Assembly (NCBI GenBank): GCA_965204375.1 | Contig: OZ241986.1 | Coordinates: 2,112,001 to 2,176,000 of the forward strand | Direction of reading: 5' to 3' | DNA from: Candidatus Latescibacterota bacterium | GTDB taxonomy: Bacteria; Latescibacterota; UBA2968 | Length of the DNA: 64,000 bases | Program-made: the position numbers and the translations under genes | Shown here: piece by piece, positions 56,077 to 64,000 of the stretch | How positions within the stretch are numbered: the stretch's first letter is position 1 | How the letters are laid out: each line of letters begins with the position of its first letter | The notes under the pieces: model-generated | Database searches by the model: none | What the model was told of the DNA's origin: nothing | The model's input: the letters and a program-made list of their open reading frames with translations, nothing else

Positions 56077-58053
56077 TCACCAGTGATGCACAAGGTGCCC
56101 TTGCCCAAAGAAAAACAACACATCCACAATAAAAATCAACCCAATACCCAGAACATAACCGAGCATCAGCCCCATAAACAAAGGCAGAGATTGGCGATAA
56201 AGTCCAATACCGCCAATCTTCAACAAAACGGACTTGACTGACCACGCCACAAAAACCGTAAACACCTGCCGCTGCAAAATACCCGTTGTAAACACCGTCA
56301 ATCCAATGGGACTCAACGGCCACCGCAAAAACCGGTAGCGCAAAAAACTACACAAAACGGTGAGACCCGCGCCAATACCAAAAAACATCAGCCTGTCCAG
56401 ACTGATGCCAAAGGGATTTTGCAATTTCTTCACCACATTGCTAAAAATCACCACATTCCCGGAATTAAACGTATAAACATTAAAATTATATGCGCCATAC
56501 ATATACCCCAGATACAGCGTGAACACCGCCGAAATAACCATCGACACCACCAGAGCGCACATCGTTGTCCAGAACAGCGAGCGGGTCTTAAGCCTGAGCC
56601 TCGCGCCCATCTGCGCGATATGTGCCAGCGTAGAAGCACCAAAAGTATTGCCCAGGCCAAACGTCGAATAAGACAGCGCCAGAGACGCGGCACTATTGGT
56701 ATCCATCTGCCGAATACCAATCGTATAAAACGTAAAACTCTGAGGCGTAATAGGCATCCGCGCATAAGCCAAACCCGACTCGGCCACAAACCGCGTTACC
56801 CCCACCGTCATCAAAATCAGCGCAAAGAGAAAAACGCCAGACACGAGCGCGGACATACCCGAATGCCACAACCAGAAAAACAGAAAAGCCGCCCCCACAA
56901 TAATACCCCACACCGCCGCCCGATAAGACAACAACTCATTCGAATCATCCACAGCAGAATCGCCGCGCATCGCCTTGCGCCATACATCCCGCAAATGCGC
57001 GCGCGCCATCCACATACTCAACGCCGTAAAAGCAAAAAAAGCCCCCATCGCCTGCCAGCCCAATGCCGCACCGCCACGGGAGCCCCAGATATCCGACGCA
57101 CCAATAGAATATCCCAGACGGTCAAAAACACCGGTTTGCACAATACCCAGCGCGTAAAAAAACCACAAACTGAACAACACATCGAGATTGGTAAAAAACG
57201 CGAACCCCAGCACAAAAAAATTCAATTTGATCGTAACGCTCGGAAACCCGCGCCCAAGTGGCAAAGCCCATCTATCCATCAACGGAATAGGCGGAAAAGT
57301 ATGCCAAAAATAACCCACGATATTCCACACCACCACAACCACTGGAATTGTCAGCCCAACCCAGAACAAGCGAGAATGCAGAAGCCTGTATTTTCCTGCC
57401 TCGACCTCGTCCAGCATCGTCAGCGGTGCTTCGGCTAAGGGAAAAGGCAGGCGTTCTCGATCCACCCACTGTCGCCGCAACACAGCCATCAGAGCCACGC
57501 TCACCAGCGCCAGTGCAATGAGAAAAACACCCCACCACACAAGCGGCGTCATCCACGCATCCCAGGGAATATTAACGCCAGGAGGCTTGCCCTCAAAAAA
57601 ATACGTCATCTGCCTGGCGTGATTGGGCGGCGCAGCCCACTTAGGCAACCCATCCAGCAAATAATCGCCCCACTGATTCTCGGGCGAGGCATAATAATAC
57701 GGCGCGGCAATCCCCCCGATAAACAAACCCATAAAATTCGCCGCTGGCACAGCCCCTGCAATCCAACCCATCGAAAAAACCACCACCATCTCGCCCCGCG
57801 ACAGCGCCCATTGCGGCTTTACCCGCGCCATCAGAACATTCAACGGCCACGCCAGCACCGTGAAAACCACCATAGTCGCCATCGGCAAATGGGCAAAAAC
57901 CATACGCGACGAATGCACGATATAGGCCGAATAAGCGGGCAACAAATTCACCAGAAACGTCACCGCAATCCCCACGCAAAAGGCGCGTGTGGTCACGCTC
58001 AGATGTTTGCTCTCCGGGTGTAAATCCCGATCCATCGCTTTCAATTCGGCCAT
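56077..58053 (-). CDS. DUF6785/DUF6784-family membrane protein (putative transporter)
   Basis: YYASPEN, RRQWVDRERLPFPLAEAP, LDVLFSLWF, RWPLSPIG; paralogue of 19121-21088. Confidence 0.8.
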   Translation of the reverse strand: MAELKAMDRDLHPESKHLSVTTRAFCVGIAVTFLVNLLPAYSAYIVHSSRMVFAHLPMATMVVFTVLAWPLNVLMARVKPQWALSRGEMVVVFSMGWIAGAVPAANFMGLFIGGIAAPYYYASPENQWGDYLLDGLPKWAAPPNHARQMTYFFEGKPPGVNIPWDAWMTPLVWWGVFLIALALVSVALMAVLRRQWVDRERLPFPLAEAPLTMLDEVEAGKYRLLHSRLFWVGLTIPVVVVVWNIVGYFWHTFPPIPLMDRWALPLGRGFPSVTIKLNFFVLGFAFFTNLDVLFSLWFFYALGIVQTGVFDRLGYSIGASDIWGSRGGAALGWQAMGAFFAFTALSMWMARAHLRDVWRKAMRGDSAVDDSNELLSYRAAVWGIIVGAAFLFFWLWHSGMSALVSGVFLFALILMTVGVTRFVAESGLAYARMPITPQSFTFYTIGIRQMDTNSAASLALSYSTFGLGNTFGASTLAHIAQMGARLRLKTRSLFWTTMCALVVSMVISAVFTLYLGYMYGAYNFNVYTFNSGNVVIFSNVVKKLQNPFGISLDRLMFFGIGAGLTVLCSFLRYRFLRWPLSPIGLTVFTTGILQRQVFTVFVAWSVKSVLLKIGGIGLYRQSLPLFMGLMLGYVLGIGLIFIVDVLFFFGQGHLVHHW

Positions 58054-58100
58054 CGCAATCTCTCAAAAATGCAGGGGGAATGTCCCGCGCAATGTACCTC

Positions 58101-58141
58101 AAAAAAAAAGTGTGTACAAGGCATCCATCCCCTGCACACAC
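58101..58141 (-). terminator. Intrinsic terminator after porV-like gene
   Basis: GUGUGUGCAGGG-loop-CCUUGUACACAC followed by nine U. Confidence 0.85.
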
Positions 58142-58160
58142 CAAGATAACGCACAGGCAA

Positions 58161-58191
58161 TGTAGGGGTGGGTTTCAAACCCACCCCTACA
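58161..58191. repeat. GTAG-family REP-like palindrome
   Basis: TGTAGGGGTGGGTTT-C-AAACCCACCCCTACA, perfect 15-bp arms. Confidence 0.8.
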
Positions 58192-58194
58192 AAT

Positions 58195-59157
58195 TCAAAA
58201 CGCCCCACTAACAGCAATGCGCAGCGGCGCATCGAAATACACGCCGCCATCGCTATACGACAGGTCCACGCGGATATCGCGCCCGCCCAAAGCGTACTTC
58301 AAGCCAGCGCCCAGACTGTAATCTTCCACGTCGTAATTGACCTTATACCCACCGCGCAAAGCGAGCATATTGGCAATCCACAACTCACCGCCAAAATTCC
58401 ACCGCTGACCGTAATCAGTAGCCATAATGGTCTCGGCCGCAAGCGTCAAATACGTCGGGTCGCCCTGTTCGCCATATACCTCACCTGCCAGCCCAAAATT
58501 GAAATTGATCGGCGGTGAATACTGCTCGGTCTCCACAGTAACATCAGCCCCCACATTGCGCGCGGCAGCGGCAATGCGCAAACTGCGATAGCCCGTATAT
58601 GCGGAAATGCCCAGATCAAACTGAAAGGTACTCGTCGTCTTGAGCACCAGATCTTCCTGAACCCACCGCGCCTGCACGCCCCACGACACTTTATCGGTCA
58701 TCTGACGCGCAAACATAAACCCAATGGCCGTATCGCCGCCCTGGATCATGCGCCCGGTACCTGTAGCCTGAAAAATCGTCGTTTCCTCCACCTCTTCGGG
58801 CACAAAGCTCACAATTGAAACGCCAAACGTATTGCCGCCCCATTTGTAAGCCAACGCCCCCGAATACAATCCCGAATTGACCAGCCAGCGCGTGTACGAC
58901 AGCGCGTACTCGCCGCCCGAAACAAATCCCAGTGCGCCGGGATTGTAAAAAGACGCATCAATACCGCCGTTCATCGCGACAAAGGCTTCGCCCATAGCCA
59001 CGGCACGGGGAGACGCGCCGATTTTGAGAAATGCCAGCGACGACTGCCCCTTCACCGGCAAAATCGTACCGTATTCGCCAAAATCTGACTGTGCAAAGGC
59101 CGGTCCTGTCATCAGCCCGACCACCAGCATCAGCACCAGTAATATTCGTTTGTTCAT
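58195..59157 (-). CDS. PorV/PorQ-family outer-membrane beta-barrel
   Basis: Signal peptide; FLKIGASPRAVAMGEAFVA...SFYNPGAL; terminal Phe. Confidence 0.88.
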   Translation of the reverse strand: MNKRILLVLMLVVGLMTGPAFAQSDFGEYGTILPVKGQSSLAFLKIGASPRAVAMGEAFVAMNGGIDASFYNPGALGFVSGGEYALSYTRWLVNSGLYSGALAYKWGGNTFGVSIVSFVPEEVEETTIFQATGTGRMIQGGDTAIGFMFARQMTDKVSWGVQARWVQEDLVLKTTSTFQFDLGISAYTGYRSLRIAAAARNVGADVTVETEQYSPPINFNFGLAGEVYGEQGDPTYLTLAAETIMATDYGQRWNFGGELWIANMLALRGGYKVNYDVEDYSLGAGLKYALGGRDIRVDLSYSDGGVYFDAPLRIAVSGAF

Positions 59158-59169
59158 GTCTGGCTCCCC

Positions 59170-61545
59170 CTATCTCAAAATGTAAAACGTCCCCGTCACC
59201 GTTTGCCCCATACTTTCGGGCGTCAGCGATTCAACGACGTAAAAATAAATTCCGCTGGCCACATCAGGCGAAGTCACATTGCGTTCAATTTGGAACCACG
59301 ATGCTTCTCCTGAACTGGCATCGTCGTGCAGGATTTCACCCACAATATCACCTGCCACATTGAAAATCAACACGCGGCTTTTGGGGGGCAATCCCAGAAA
59401 GCGGATCTTTTTTGAGCTCTGGTAATTATAACCCGATTCCGACAAACTGAACGGATTGGGCACCACGCGCACGCGCTTCTCTGGCCAGGACGGCGCCAGA
59501 CCCGGCTGAAACGGACTGAGATCCAGGTTCACGCGCTGCTCGGGGGCAGAATATCCCCCTTCGAGTCCAGCCTGTAAATGACCCTGCACTTCTTCGGGCA
59601 AATCGCCCATGCTCGACATGCCATTACTCCATGAACTGCGCGGTTTGGCAAAAGCCCGCACATTGTAAAAGTATCGGAACCCGGCAACCGCCGTATTATC
59701 GCGCCACACGTATTGACCGCCCGAATAGTCCCAGGTCGATCCGGAGGTACCTGCGGTGACCGTACCGACGTGCTCCCAGGGTCCAAATTCTTGATAGGCG
59801 GACCGGAACACGCGATATCCCACCACATCGGCATCGCCAAAATCGGGATGCACCGACGACTCGGCAGCAGCGTCCCACGTCAATGTAATCTCGGCATCCT
59901 GATTCACCCCAGGCGAAAACTTCACATCGGGCGGATAATCGGGCAGATCGTACATATTGTCGTACGCGAATTGCGCGGCCTTCAAATGCGCCACAAGAGC
60001 GGCTTCTCCCTTGCTCAATCGCGCCAATCGTTCTTCTACGGGCAGTGGAATATCTTTCAAACAAAATGTCTGCACATCCACTGCATAAGCCGACTGCCCT
60101 TCGCGGGATATCGCCTGCGCGCCTGTCCCGGCGACATAAGCCACCACGATCTTGGCCTTCTCGCCAACAGCCAGATTATACGGTCCAAAAGTGAGTGCAT
60201 TGGCCATGGCATTGACGGTGGTTGGATTGGCATCTGTTGCTCCCGAAAACGTCTCGTAAATGCCCTGCTCAGAATCGCTCTGCAAATTCGGCAAATCCGT
60301 TCTCAAACCCCAGAAATCGCGCGTTTCCCACCATTTTGACGTCCTGGGTTGTTCCCCTACCGGATTGACGTATTTGCCCTGATCATTGGCGTTGAACACA
60401 TGCGACGGCCCGCTATCGCGATAGGCCAATGGTGCAACGCCCACATATTGCGGCGATCTCATTTGCCCGTCGAATACGCCCCCCGGCAACCTCTTCGCAT
60501 TGCCGTGTACGCTTTCAATATAAACGGGTTGTCCGGTATCTTCTTCAGCACGCTGGATACTGTCGCCATCCCACTGATAATTCATCTTCAAATCGACGTA
60601 TTCAGCAGGTCCGTCGTAATTCGGCGCACCCGTATAGCGATATTGATCGTCTTGTGGCTGATATGATCCGGGCATGCCAGATCCGATGCTGTTCCAATTG
60701 CCCTCACCCGACATGCTCACCGTAAAGCCCTGAACAAATGAGAAAAACGCTCCCGTTAGATTATGCCCGGCACCGCCATTCACATCGGCTACACCATCGC
60801 CATCGGAATCACCCGTATTCTCAAATTCCACTTCCAAAATGAAGAAATCGTCAAACCCCTGATAACTCCAGGCCATAGCTTTGCGCGTGATCGTAACGCC
60901 GTGTTTGGTCGTCCACCTGCTAAAAACGATATCTTCTGCGCGGTCGTCCTTATCGGCGTCCATATACTGGCCCCATCGATGATTCAAGACCTCATAGGGC
61001 ACGCCTGTTCTCGGCGCATCGGTTTGCAATGGCGCGCCGGGATACCAGTTGGGCATAATTGCTCCCGCACCCAATCCATGAGGTGGCACATCAACCTGAT
61101 ATCCCCAGTTGGCCTCGGGGCTATTGGCAATATCGTAATACATCGGTGCGATATCCGCCGAAGGTGTCCACGGTCCCGAATACGACACGCCGTATTCGCC
61201 GCCGACATTGGTCAACACCCATATACCTTCTCCTGCCGACAAATTCTGTGCCTCATTTTTTTGCTCGGCCCAGCTAAAACCGTTCTTTTTCCCAAAATAC
61301 TCGATATAGTCTGCGCCGGCCATGTTCAGCATAAGACCATTGCCCATGCCCGGATACGTCAAGCGGGGCGCGCCGCGAGAACTTCGGTCGTCCCAGACGC
61401 CGCCCTGAGTCCCTTCATTGCGGAACCCGGTCCAGAGTTGCCCTCGAGTGAGTTGTCGCAGATTCTGCGTGTCCAGAGAATAGACCTCAAATGCCCACCC
61501 CACAACCACTATCATCAGGACAGCAGCGAGAAATTTCCTGTTCAT
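59170..61545 (-). CDS. Secreted protein with Fn3-like and T9SS type-A-like C-terminal domains
   Basis: Start 61545 after GGAGG; signal peptide; FENTGDSDGDGVAD shared with 4024-6528; VRVVPNPF...IFNVAGD...ASGIYFYVV. Confidence 0.78.
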   Translation of the reverse strand: MNRKFLAAVLMIVVVGWAFEVYSLDTQNLRQLTRGQLWTGFRNEGTQGGVWDDRSSRGAPRLTYPGMGNGLMLNMAGADYIEYFGKKNGFSWAEQKNEAQNLSAGEGIWVLTNVGGEYGVSYSGPWTPSADIAPMYYDIANSPEANWGYQVDVPPHGLGAGAIMPNWYPGAPLQTDAPRTGVPYEVLNHRWGQYMDADKDDRAEDIVFSRWTTKHGVTITRKAMAWSYQGFDDFFILEVEFENTGDSDGDGVADVNGGAGHNLTGAFFSFVQGFTVSMSGEGNWNSIGSGMPGSYQPQDDQYRYTGAPNYDGPAEYVDLKMNYQWDGDSIQRAEEDTGQPVYIESVHGNAKRLPGGVFDGQMRSPQYVGVAPLAYRDSGPSHVFNANDQGKYVNPVGEQPRTSKWWETRDFWGLRTDLPNLQSDSEQGIYETFSGATDANPTTVNAMANALTFGPYNLAVGEKAKIVVAYVAGTGAQAISREGQSAYAVDVQTFCLKDIPLPVEERLARLSKGEAALVAHLKAAQFAYDNMYDLPDYPPDVKFSPGVNQDAEITLTWDAAAESSVHPDFGDADVVGYRVFRSAYQEFGPWEHVGTVTAGTSGSTWDYSGGQYVWRDNTAVAGFRYFYNVRAFAKPRSSWSNGMSSMGDLPEEVQGHLQAGLEGGYSAPEQRVNLDLSPFQPGLAPSWPEKRVRVVPNPFSLSESGYNYQSSKKIRFLGLPPKSRVLIFNVAGDIVGEILHDDASSGEASWFQIERNVTSPDVASGIYFYVVESLTPESMGQTVTGTFYILR

Positions 61546-61563
61546 ATCACTATCCTCCAATTT

Positions 61564-64000
61564 TCAAAATTGAATTTCCAGACCGATTTCCACTTCACGC
61601 GGATTGTACCTGTAGCGCGTGGCTTCTCTCGGATCGCCATACAGCAAAAACTCGGTATCATCTGGCGGGGGTAGCCGCAGCCCGTACTGTATATACGTGA
61701 AATCCGAATCTCGGCTCTCCGTGCTCCTTTCATTGAACAAATTGCTCACCTCTACAAATAACGTGGGGCGCAAATTGCCAATGGCTCGAAAATCTTTGGC
61801 CGCGTACAAATCCGTCTTCATCGCCGTTGCACCCGTGCGAAATTCGCGCGGACCAATGGGTGGTACATACTCAAACGGCTCGCCGCTGAAAATGCGGTAG
61901 ATCATGCTCACGCGCAGACCGCCAAACGGATTAATCGCGCCCATTTTGGGCCCATAAGCCATCGGCGTGGCATAATACAACTGAAGCGACAACTGATTCC
62001 TGCGTTGTCCACCGGTAGGCTCTGCCGAAAAGACCTGCCCATTTGAAGCTGTCCATATCCCGTTCTCATTGGTTTTGATGGGAGGCTGCCACGGACCTGC
62101 ACCTGGCCCCTGTGATCCGGCTTGCTCAGTCCACGACACGATATTCGCCTCGGCTTTCGCGCTAATATCGGCCACCTGTTCAGATGTGAGTGGCACGGGC
62201 CTTTCCGAACCATCGGGTTGCACTTCCCAATCGGTCCAGTAGTGGCCGGCACTAATAAAATCAGCATCGGGAAGCACATACCAGTTCGCAGAGTGTTTTC
62301 CGTAGTGAATGCCGCCCGGGTCGCGCACCCATTCGGCATTGTAGGACAAATTGAACTGGAAATTATTGCTAAACGTCTTTTTCAGCGACAATTCGAGGCC
62401 GCGCGCAGTTTGCCAATAGGTATTGCGTATGGCATTGACCTGAGCGGACTGACCTTTGAGCGGATCGACCCAATAGGAAATATTGTTGCTGGCGTACAAC
62501 CCCTCATCGCGCCGATAGTGTGCCGTAATGCTCGCCGTATAATCGGCCACAAAATTCCAATCCACCCCCATTTCCATACTCGTCGTACGCTGGGGTTTCA
62601 TGCCATCGGATGGCTGCCGCGCCGTGGTATGCACTTCCATAGCATTCCACTTTTCAGTCTCATCAATTATGCCATTGCCGTTGAGATCATTATCTGGCGC
62701 CTCGCTCGAGAACTGCCTGCGATGGGTTTCGAGAAGCACGGGAAAGACATTTGATCGACCAATAAAATAGTGCGCCGCCAGGCGGTCTGTAATCGGATGC
62801 GACAGACCCACCCGAGGACTCAATGCCGTCATCGTTGGCGTCGAACTATCGAGATGATCCATTTCATACCGCGCCCGCGTAAACGTGCTGTACATCGGCG
62901 ATTTGCCCAGCGCCTCTCCCATTGAACCATTGCGCCCAAAATTGTAATAATCCCAGCGCAGACCCAGATTGGCCACCAGACCACCGTACTCGATTTTATC
63001 CTGCACATACAGGTTCAGTGTCCACGGCTTCACATTTTTACCCAGTTCAAAACCATCTGCCACAAACTCGAGAAAACGGCTCTTGGTATTGTCAAAATCT
63101 TCTCGCGTGCGGTGATACAATCGCTGTGTGAGCACCAATCCCGTCTGAATCAAGTGTGACCGATTGACCTGGCTCACAAAATCGTATTTGATGCCGTATT
63201 TCGTATCTTCCTCTTCGGTGTATTCACGCAACAGCGTGGGCAAATTGAAAAAACCCGCCTTATCTTTGCGCACGGCTTCGGTCGCATCCGGCACATCAAA
63301 CGCATCGCGATCGTATTTGTTGTAGAAAAACTTCAGATCGTAATATGTATTTTTGCCCAATGTATGCGTCAACGTCAGCACCTGGAGTTGCCGCGACAAT
63401 GTATAAGTGCCCGAAGCTGAAAAATCCTCGGGAAAGAAAATATTTTGTGCATTATTGCGCGTCGATCCCTGAAACCGATCCGACCGTTGATACATCCCCA
63501 GTGCTTTAACCTTGATATTTGCGCTGGGCCGATACGTCAACGTGCCCTGCATGCGCGGTGGATCGTCCGATACCTGCTCAGCCGCCGGGAACCTGGCCGG
63601 ACTGCGTGCATAACTCACACTGGCAAAATACGAAAAATCGGGTGTGAGCGGTCCGCCCAGCGTACCTTCTAAGCGGTGCCCGCGCTCGTCCGTATAATCA
63701 ACGCGCTCGTGCGCCATACGCTCAACATCGTCAGACGTTCCCAGGATGCGATCTGGTCCTGGATCCATATATGTTTCATTCACCCAATCGGGATTGTCCC
63801 ACTGCACGTTGTCTTCAAAGTTGGGGCTTTCATAAACGTCTCTGCCCCAGTGTTTTTTGCCCGCAGGTGTGAACTTATACTCCACCCGACCGGAGAAATC
63901 GCCCCGGCCCTCTTTTGTCACCACACTCACAATACCGGCACCCGCATTGCCAAATTCTGCATTCATACCGCCGGTTAGCACACTCAATTCCTGAATAGCC
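61564..64000 (-). CDS. TonB-dependent receptor (5' end outside window)
   Basis: Plug motif ELSVLTGGMNAEFGN; YVQDKIEYGGLVANLGLRWD; LSPRVGLSHPIT; terminal Phe; paralogue of 6597-9692. Confidence 0.9.
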   Translation of the reverse strand, partial: AIQELSVLTGGMNAEFGNAGAGIVSVVTKEGRGDFSGRVEYKFTPAGKKHWGRDVYESPNFEDNVQWDNPDWVNETYMDPGPDRILGTSDDVERMAHERVDYTDERGHRLEGTLGGPLTPDFSYFASVSYARSPARFPAAEQVSDDPPRMQGTLTYRPSANIKVKALGMYQRSDRFQGSTRNNAQNIFFPEDFSASGTYTLSRQLQVLTLTHTLGKNTYYDLKFFYNKYDRDAFDVPDATEAVRKDKAGFFNLPTLLREYTEEEDTKYGIKYDFVSQVNRSHLIQTGLVLTQRLYHRTREDFDNTKSRFLEFVADGFELGKNVKPWTLNLYVQDKIEYGGLVANLGLRWDYYNFGRNGSMGEALGKSPMYSTFTRARYEMDHLDSSTPTMTALSPRVGLSHPITDRLAAHYFIGRSNVFPVLLETHRRQFSSEAPDNDLNGNGIIDETEKWNAMEVHTTARQPSDGMKPQRTTSMEMGVDWNFVADYTASITAHYRRDEGLYASNNISYWVDPLKGQSAQVNAIRNTYWQTARGLELSLKKTFSNNFQFNLSYNAEWVRDPGGIHYGKHSANWYVLPDADFISAGHYWTDWEVQPDGSERPVPLTSEQVADISAKAEANIVSWTEQAGSQGPGAGPWQPPIKTNENGIWTASNGQVFSAEPTGGQRRNQLSLQLYYATPMAYGPKMGAINPFGGLRVSMIYRIFSGEPFEYVPPIGPREFRTGATAMKTDLYAAKDFRAIGNLRPTLFVEVSNLFNERSTESRDSDFTYIQYGLRLPPPDDTEFLLYGDPREATRYRYNPREVEIGLEIQF

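Overview
Chromosomal window with no rRNA, tRNA, CRISPR array, integrase or transposase recognised. Gene content (PorV-like barrels, proteins with T9SS-type C-terminal domains, a GWxTD protein, DUF6785 membrane proteins, six PhyH-like dioxygenase genes, a sulfatase, LacI regulators) suggests an FCB-related heterotroph such as Latescibacterota or Gemmatimonadota; this taxonomy is inference. Most genes lie on the minus strand and form catabolic or uptake clusters. Five highlights: (1) a compositionally foreign, translationally coupled three-gene cassette of fusion enzymes (GT4 glycosyltransferase-radical SAM/Twitch, WG-repeat O-methyltransferase, histidine phosphatase-nucleotidyltransferase) next to a PemK/MazF-type toxin-antitoxin pair; (2) a recurring pattern in which accessory blocks are bracketed by degenerate direct repeats of resident gene ends or terminators, leaving gene stubs (lacI, purN, DUF6883, an internally deleted metallohydrolase copy, an rraA/gfo junction); (3) two paralogous TonB receptor - CTD protein - PorV triplets with no SusD; (4) tandem-domain PhyH proteins with a degenerate N-domain and an HxS/HxG C-domain; (5) a complete sigma54 promoter architecture in front of a LacI paralogue that lacks its HTH. 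Product calls come from recognising motifs by eye; no database searches were run.
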